NCBI GenBank assembly: GCA_963693365.1 | Contig: CAVNZM010000005.1 | Location: 6,269,167-6,333,166, forward strand | Source of the DNA: Amoebidium appalachense | Lineage: Eukaryota; Protista; Ichthyosporea | Direction: 5' to 3' | Length of the DNA: 64,000 nt | Part shown: positions 47,446 to 64,000 of the stretch, piece after piece | Layout: each line of letters starts with the position of its first letter | Position numbering within the stretch: position 1 is the first letter of the stretch | Translations under genes and position numbers: made by a program | The notes under the pieces: generated by a model | The model's input: only the letters and a program-made list of their open reading frames with translations | Told to the model about the DNA's origin: nothing | Databases searched by the model: none

Positions 47446-48281
47446 TTTTTATTCAAAAAAATAATTAGAGAAGGGACAAAGGCGAGTCGAGAAGGATATA
47501 TCCGTTTTTTGGGATGGTCAAGTGAGTTTTGATAAAGGCAGCTAGGCGATTGCGCCACAAATGCTATTATATCATGCAAAGACACAGGTATACACGCCAA
47601 CTTGAGCGAGAAACATAAGTTACCCTGTTTTCAAGTGCGAGTATGGTTGAGAAGGAAGGAAAGACAGGACACACAGAATAAAACGAACAACAAAAGACGT
47701 GTGCCTTTTTGTGTGTGTGGGTGTGGCCACCAGAATCAGATTCCGAAGAGAGCAATGGTGCCGTGACGTCAGCAGACGGCAATATCTCTGTTTCTGTTAT
47801 AAAATATAAAATATAAGAACTCCCGGCCGCTCGTGACACTCGGCTCAGTTGTAATTTAGCGGTGTGAACTGCAGCTCAAGTAAATGTGTGGTAAAGTGAT
47901 TACCCATGAGAAGAAGTTAGAAGCATAATTTTTTGCTGAGTAATGTAAAACGCCTATCTGCCGACATGCTTTTAGAGCATTGCTTCCTGGCTGGCCCACA
48001 GCTACCCTAAAACACCCCTTTTCAAAACCTGTTTATCATCCGGGCTATATATTAAAACCATATCAAGGAGGGGCGTTGGCTCCGACATCCCCTCCGAGGC
48101 CTCCGGGCGGAAAAAACCGAGGCTCTGAGCACGTGCTTGTACGTCTGTCTGTCTGTCTGTCTGATCCTTGTCCCCGGCGAATTGATTGAAGCATACCGAT
48201 CGGATACGCCGTGCTTCCAATGAAATCGAATTGCTTTTGGATCCGTTCCGCGATTCTGTGCCCTGTGGGACTAAATTCTTA

Positions 48282-49345
48282 CAGTAAACCGCTCGAATTT
48301 GGGACACTTTTCGCGTCATCGCTGATCGAGCGCTTATGGGTAGCTATTTTTCGCTTTTTTCTGGAACATTCGAGCATCCCCAGCAAGCCCTGGCACATGC
48401 CATGGCTACCCCAGTATATAAGCGCTGAGGTTCATAAAACACGTTTCCGACGACTTAGACACGTGAATGAGTAGCCTAGGGTATCATCTTGCAAATTTCA
48501 TTCTGAATTCAAAATGCATTTTTATTTGGGACACGTGTTGCATAGACGTATATGCAGACGAACATGCTGATGCACATGCACCAGCTGGGTGTGGTCTCGC
48601 TGTTCCTTTCACCGTTGCCCACCCCTGGGGCCTTCTCTAGCTTTCAAACCAGTCTGTACACTCAACGAGGCTTCAAGGGTGCCTGTTTTGCAAAATAAAC
48701 TGAACACATCATACAACCTATTGCCTGTGACTAAAGACGTAGTTCTGTACTACAAGTGCAACCTACACACGCATGCTCGTTCCTGTACTGTTAGCATACC
48801 TCTACATCTGTCCGGGGTATGGATACTGATAAAACGGGTACTTCCCTGTACGAATAAATATTATGCTTCACGTGCTCTGCAGCTAAATCACATCGCTCTT
48901 CATGTGTCTTATTTTTGTGTTCTAGAAACGCTGCCTCTATCTCCTCTGCTGTGGGCTTGCGCCTTTTCTGCCCTTGTGCACTCATGTTGGGAACCCCATT
49001 CTGTCTGTGGGGCAAGGGTTTGTGATAAATGGGCAGTAAAAGTACAAAGCATATGAAAGATGTGAGGCTACGTGAGAGGAAATCCTTAGAGTGAGGATGA
49101 GGAGTTCCTATGTTTTCGAAAGAGGATGTGCTTTGCTCTGCTGTGGTGCCACGGTTGGTAGAAAACGGCCCTTTATTTTCAAACTTGGCTGCCGGGTTGG
49201 GCAGCCAACCAGACACGCTGGCATTCAAAAAGGACGGGAAAAACGTAATAATGGACCCAAGTCCGGGTGATGCGCCGAGGGCCAATTAAAAGTGTCCCAA
49301 ATTTATGACGGGATTCAAATCGTCCCAAATTCGAGCGGTTTACTG
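48282..49345 (-). mobile_element. Internally deleted pogo/Tc1-mariner-type DNA transposon
   Basis: Perfect TIR CAGTAAACCGCTCGAATTTGGGAC at both ends, TA TSD, and an inner TIR repeat at 49287-49303. Residual minus-strand ORF from ATG 48985 with a psq-HTH-like segment LAAEHVKHNIYSYREV...SIPRT. Confidence 0.88.
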
Positions 49346-49433
49346 TATAAGGTTCACCGGATCGGCGTAGAGGGCTGGCGGCTGCGTGTTATTGCGTAGG
49401 CGGCGAGCCTGGGAATCTGCTTGGGTATCCATG

Positions 49434-49492
49434 TTTCTGAATGCTTCTAGATTCTTCTGGATTGTTCTGGATTCTTCAAGATTTTGCTAGAA
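49434..49492. promoter_or_regulatory. 10-bp periodic TTCnnGA(T/A) array resembling a gapped heat-shock element
   Basis: TTC at 49435, 49445, 49455, 49465 and 49475, in the divergent PDX2/RNF121 intergenic region. Confidence 0.35.
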
Positions 49493-49671
49493 TTTGATGG
49501 ACTTCTCAGTTTCAAGAAGCCCCTAGAAGAGCGACCCCGCGAGCCCCGGGCCGAGCGCAGCGAGGCCCGGGCGCGAGCCTAGCGACGCCCCTCCATGATG
49601 GCCAGGAAAAGCTGCTGGAAGGCAGCGTCGCACTCTCAACTACCAGCTCGTACACCATACGTGATAGGGGG

Positions 49672-49817
49672 GGGGGTTTACGCTGTTTACTCGAGGCAAA
49701 GAGAACCAGTCTCAGGTATGGGGGGGGGGGGTTTTGCTCGGAATATCCCCTCAGCGGTATATCATGATCACGTACATAGATGTCGGGTGGTGACTATATA
49801 TCAGGGTTTACTTTCTC
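49672..49817 (+). repeat. 146-bp dispersed repeat, copy 2
   Basis: Near-identical to 16650-16795. Confidence 0.9.
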
Positions 49818-50779
49818 CAGGTCATGTCATTGCGTAGCCGAGGCGTTTCTAGCCAATCATCAACTCTGTCTGACTCATCACCGTGACTTCACATTTCCGA
49901 TCCGCCGGTCAGCCGATGATAGAGGTGAAAGAGTTTCGAAACAGGCAGAAAGAGAGGGAGAGAGTGAGGAAGAGAAAGGGAGAAAAACAGAGGGAGGGAG
50001 AAAGAGAAGGGAGAGAGATAGAGCGAGAGAGTGAGAGAGGAGAGAGATTAGTGAGCATCACTTGAAAGGACTAGAGCAATCAGGCGGTTGCCACACAGAA
50101 ACAAATTGACACATGTAAATCACAAGGGTGTGGTTCTTGACAGATCCCGGTGTGCTTCTGTGTCCGATATGCGCTGCTGATACACACGCTTAGGAAGATC
50201 ACAGTTTTTTCTTCGTAGTTTTTAATTTAGGCGTAGGGAACAATCGCTCGAGTTTCAGGGATAGCCTTCAAGTTGGCTAGTGCATGGGAACACGGACACA
50301 TCATTCAACGGAATTGACGCTACAGCACCTGTCTCCTACCACCATCAAGGTAGTCTGTCTGTCTGCTCGTCCCTCCCTCCCCGTCCCCTATCTCACCCCA
50401 TCTTCCCTTCCCCCCGGCTTTTTACTACTACACTTTCTGAGGATGAGGTGTGGATGATGCAGGGTGTTCGCATGTTATTGTCTACCTCCAGGAACCATTA
50501 CCCCCCCCCCCCCTCCCCCCCCCTCCCTCCCCCCCTCCCCCTCCCCCCGTCCCCCCTCCCTCCCCCCCCCCCCCCGCCTCCGCCTCCCCCCCCCTCCCCT
50601 CCATCCTCCCCATCGTCGGATCGGAGCGTACTTCGTCTCGAGTCTTTTTTTCTTGCCGTTCCGGAATCCTCCCCCCCCCCCCTCCCCCCGCCCCCGCCCC
50701 CACAGGGGGCCAGTCCTTGAAGCACGCACACACACAGGGACACGGACACACAAACACACACCCACACACACACACACAT

Positions 50780-50862
<83 letters not shown>

Positions 50863-50995
50863 ACACACGCGCACACACGCACACACACACTCACACTCAC
50901 ACACTCATACACACTCACACACATACACACCGACGCGCGCGCATACACACACACATACACACACAACCCACACAAGCATACACCTATGTAGTGGC

Positions 50996-51032
<37 letters not shown>

Positions 51033-51636
51033 TCTTCCCTCCCCCCCCCCCTCCCCCTCCCCCCTCTTACCAGTATCCTTCGCCCCTTCGTACACCCCAC
51101 CTCACGCTTGGTCCCCACACCACGACTCCTGCACAACTTAAACCTCCCCCTCCCCCCCCCCCCCCCCCTTCTCCCCCCCCTCCCCCTTGCCGAAGGCGCT
51201 CCTCTGCTTGTCCCTTCCTTGCTTTCAACTTACATGTTTAGTTGTGGTTTTTTTCCCCTGAGAGAGTTACAGATATACATCAGTAAACTCTTTCTCTATC
51301 TTGGCCCCTCTCCCCTCCCGCTTCCTTTCGAGAATAATGGGTGGACGACACAGAGAGTGCGACCTCTCCCCCCCTCCCCTCCCCCTCCTAGTCTTCTATT
51401 ATAACCACCCCCCCCTCTCTCTCTCCCCCCCCCCCCCCCCCACCCACCCCACCCCACCCCCCCTGCTCCCTGCCCCTCCACCTGCCCACCTGCCCTTTAT
51501 CCCCCCCCCCCCTCCCCCTGCGTCCCTCCCTTCGGGCGCTCTCTACCCTCCCCCGCCCTCTCCCTCCCCCTTAAACTCATTCGGGGCACCCCAGCATTTT
51601 CCGTATGCAGATCCATCAACCTCACACTGTGGGGTA

Positions 51637-51667
<31 letters not shown>

Positions 51668-51873
51668 ACACACACACAGAGAGAAATACGTGCTCCACCC
51701 GTCAGGTCTCTCTCCATCCACCACCTGTCGCACACTACTCTCCCCCGCGTCCCCCCCCTTCCCGTCCCCGTTCTTCCCCATCCTCCCATCTTCCTCCCCC
51801 CTCCCCGCTCTCCCCCCTCCCTCCCCTCCCCCGCCCCACCTGCCTCCCCCTCTTTATTCCCCGGTTCACTCCG

Positions 51874-51932
<59 letters not shown>

Positions 51933-52170
51933 CCCTCCCCACCCACCCTTGTCTATAATGCATACTCTTTTATCATGAATGCATACTCTGCACTCTACAC
52001 TATAACCAACCAACCCCCCCCCCCCCCCCCTCCTCCTCCTCCTCCCCCCCCCCGCGCACACACACTCTAAACACACCCACACACACACTCCGCAAACACA
52101 CACTCCACACACGCACACACACACGTGCACACGTACACGCGCGCACACACACACACACCCACACACACGT

Positions 52171-52256
<86 letters not shown>

Positions 52257-52297
52257 ACACACACATACACACACGTAACGCACACACACCCCCCAGG

Positions 52298-60949
<8,652 letters not shown>

Positions 60950-61104
60950 TTTTAAAATTTTGTGAAGTTTTTATTTGGGAAATTTCTGTTAGCAGTTGCT
61001 TTTGGTGGTAAAACATTCGTAGGGTTTGCAGCGGTTCTATGCTAAATGTTTTCTATTGATCTAACTAACGGATGGGGAAGGTTTTGACCAGATCATTATG
61101 AGGA

Positions 61105-61155
<51 letters not shown>

Positions 61156-61804
61156 GGGAAGGGGGAGGGGGGGGGGGGGGGGGGGCATGTATATTCCTTT
61201 ATACACGGTAATATTCAGACCAGGCACCCTTTGTATATAACACCAACTGTATAAGCTCAAAAGCCTTAGGAGTTTTGTGATACTCAGAACCATGTTATGT
61301 ATGTGATAGACACATACAGGTGTGTGTGATACCTATACATGTAATGATTGTATGAATTCGAATACTTGTGGGAGTCCCATACATGGTGTGTGGGATACTC
61401 AGATGTGTTGTTATATGTGTAATGATTTTAGTCGGCGAGTAAGTAGGTACTCATACAATGTAATATGACAGTGATTTCGAATACCTGTGAGAGACCCAAA
61501 CAAAATGGGTGAAATACCCATGCGCAGCCCACACGTGCACATGTGTGCGCGGATATCTAACGGTGCACGAGATACGCAGGATTGTGCGAGGTACTAACCA
61601 TTGCCATCTGCCGTTTGAGATACTAAGACATGGGATGTGAGATGCTCATTCCTTTTTAGATATGCATATATTGATATATCCATACATAGAATGACTGTGA
61701 GATATGCATATATGCATTGTAAGTTACGGTATAGTACCGGAGATCTACACTACATAGTATTCAGAGATATTGTTTAGAAGGGGCCCCTTCATGTGCACGT
61801 ACTA

Positions 61805-61822
61805 CAGATACCGCCCGTCATG

Positions 61823-61872
<50 letters not shown>

Positions 61873-62109
61873 AAAAAAAAAAAGTGGTCGGGGGGCATTT
61901 TTTTTTACTCTATGCATGCTAATATAATTATCACGGCATTGCGTGCTAATATAATTATGCATGATCCAGCATGATTTTTCGTCCCGGCCGCCATTATAAC
62001 ATCATTCCGAAATCCGGCCAGGGGGCATGATCTTAAAAAAATTCTGATTTTTAAATTTTCCGGGGGCGAAATCTTAACGGCGACGAATCTTAATGGCGGA
62101 CGGTGTCTG
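61805..62109. mobile_element. Tc1/mariner-type MITE (about 305 bp)
   Basis: TIR CAGATACCGCCCGTCAT vs reverse complement CAGACACCGTCCGCCAT (14/17), TA on both sides. Confidence 0.65.
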
Positions 62110-62769
62110 TATTTACTGCGAAATTCCCAGCAATGGCAACACATGCACCAGAGGAGAGGTGCCGCAAGCACCCGTATACGTGCATAGTAATAAAAGTGGG
62201 ATACACATTGATGATCGTCAGATTTGCATATTTTGTGATATGCTCAGTGAGCATGTGAGATAACCCTACTTTGTGTTATCTTGGCCACACTTTGTATGAG
62301 TTGAGATGATACTCCAGTACGCACTACCGATACACAAGTGCTTGTGAAATACTGCCACCTGTACCAACATGTATGCATATTTGAGATAAACATTACCTTG
62401 TGTGTGAGATAGGCTGCACTAGATATGCGAAAATTGTGTTTTCGGGTTGAACACACATTTCAAAGTTCATTGTACTTCTTCAATTTCTTTTCTTTTCTTT
62501 TTTCCCTTCTTTCTTTCTTTTTCTTTTTCTTCTTTTTTGGTTACAGTTCGAGGAGTGTGGGAGGGGGAGGGGGGGAGGGGGGGGGGGGGGGGGGGGGGCC
62601 TAAAGCGCTACAGGCGCACGCGCGCGCGCGTGTGTTGGAGGGTGTCCATTTTATACACACACACACACACACACACATAAAATCTCTCTCTTTCTCTCTC
62701 TTTTTCACTCTCTCCCTTCCTGCTCCCATCACTCATTGACAAGTCCGCCGTGTCTCTATCTCAACTCCC

Positions 62770-62800
<31 letters not shown>

Positions 62801-62810
62801 ACGCTCTCTG

Positions 62811-62881
<71 letters not shown>

Positions 62882-62890
62882 GATCTCTCT

Positions 62891-62930
<40 letters not shown>

Positions 62931-62936
62931 CTCTCT

Positions 62937-63023
<87 letters not shown>

Positions 63024-63033
63024 CTCCCTCTCT

Positions 63034-63080
<47 letters not shown>

Positions 63081-63483
63081 CCCCCCCCCCCCCCCCCCCC
63101 CCTCCTTCTTTCTCTGGATCTATGTATGTTGAACTGATACAAAACACGTGAACAGCATGCCGATACTCAATCACACTACCCTGTTCACGCGAGCACGAGT
63201 GTGTGTGACGCTGTGTGTGTGTGTGCGTGTGTGTGACTGTGTACTGTGTGTGTTTGTGTGTTTTTGTGTGTGTGTGTGTGTTTGTGTGTGTCTGTGTGTG
63301 TGTCTGTGTATCTGTGTGTGTGTGTGTGCGTGCGTGTCTTTTTGTACACATGTGTGTGTTTCTGTGTGTGTGCGTGTGTCTTTGTGCGTGTGTGTGTGGC
63401 ATGCACACAGTGGTGTGTGTACACGCGTGCCGCGCGCGTGTGTGTGTTTGTCTGTGTGCGTGTGTGCGTGTGGTGTGTGTGTT

Positions 63484-63581
<98 letters not shown>

Positions 63582-63885
63582 CACATTTATTTATGCTGTG
63601 ACACATAGGGTACGCTCGTAAATTCAATTGTAAACCGAGGTGACCCGCGTCCCACTTGGGACATCATCTCGTCTGCAATAACGTCTGCAATCGGTTCTTC
63701 CACATCATGTATCAAACTAATCAGTCAAGGTTTGGCGAAGACTGCATATCTTCCAAAAGCTAAAATGGTGATTTCTCATACACGAAGGGACAGCCCCTTT
63801 GAATGCCTATTATTTTGTATATCGACGTTCAAACATGTGTTTTTCGGATGCCTCAGTGTTGTTGTTTTGGGTTGGGCTATCGCCC

Positions 63886-63989
63886 TTTGGCCAATCGTAA
63901 CGGACAATTTCTTAATCGTAACGGGTGGGTTCTTGGGGAGCTGCAAGCCCCGCCTAAAACGCCTCTCCAGTCGCAAAACTCAAAATACG
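63886..63989 (+). repeat. Dispersed repeat (probable MITE end), copy 2
   Basis: Homologous to 32845-32950. Confidence 0.8.
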
Positions 63990-64000
63990 TGGACTTCACT

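Overview
Intron-rich eukaryotic DNA whose introns and intergenic spacers are packed with (CA/GT)n, (GA)n and poly-C/G tracts, so most of the supplied ORF track is noise. Tandem-PDZ syntenin together with de novo vitamin B6 PDX2 suggests a unicellular opisthokont/holozoan-like host (inference only). Hand-splicing recovers six host genes: a Con7-like C2H2 transcription factor (+), an intronless syntenin-like gene (+), a small secreted GPI-type protein (-), a BTB-BACK-MATH gene with one frameshift (+), PDX2/SNO glutaminase (-) and RNF121/175 (+). The mobile content is a 7.8-kb MULE-like TIR element with a 10-bp TSD whose GATATTCAGG repeats carry three nested insertions (one containing an intact ORF1+APE-RT LINE), a frameshifted DIRS-type tyrosine recombinase, a deleted pogo-like element and a MITE. 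Five signals stand out. (1) The last 25 nt before the LINE poly(A) are complementary to the start of its own ORF2. (2) Retroelements have repeatedly inserted into the MULE subterminal motif. (3) An RNF121 exon start is triplicated and its copies differ only at synonymous sites. (4) A transcription-factor CDS contains about 23 CCAATC boxes. (5) Many splice acceptors are built from (CA)n instead of a pyrimidine tract. All exon models and counts were made by eye.
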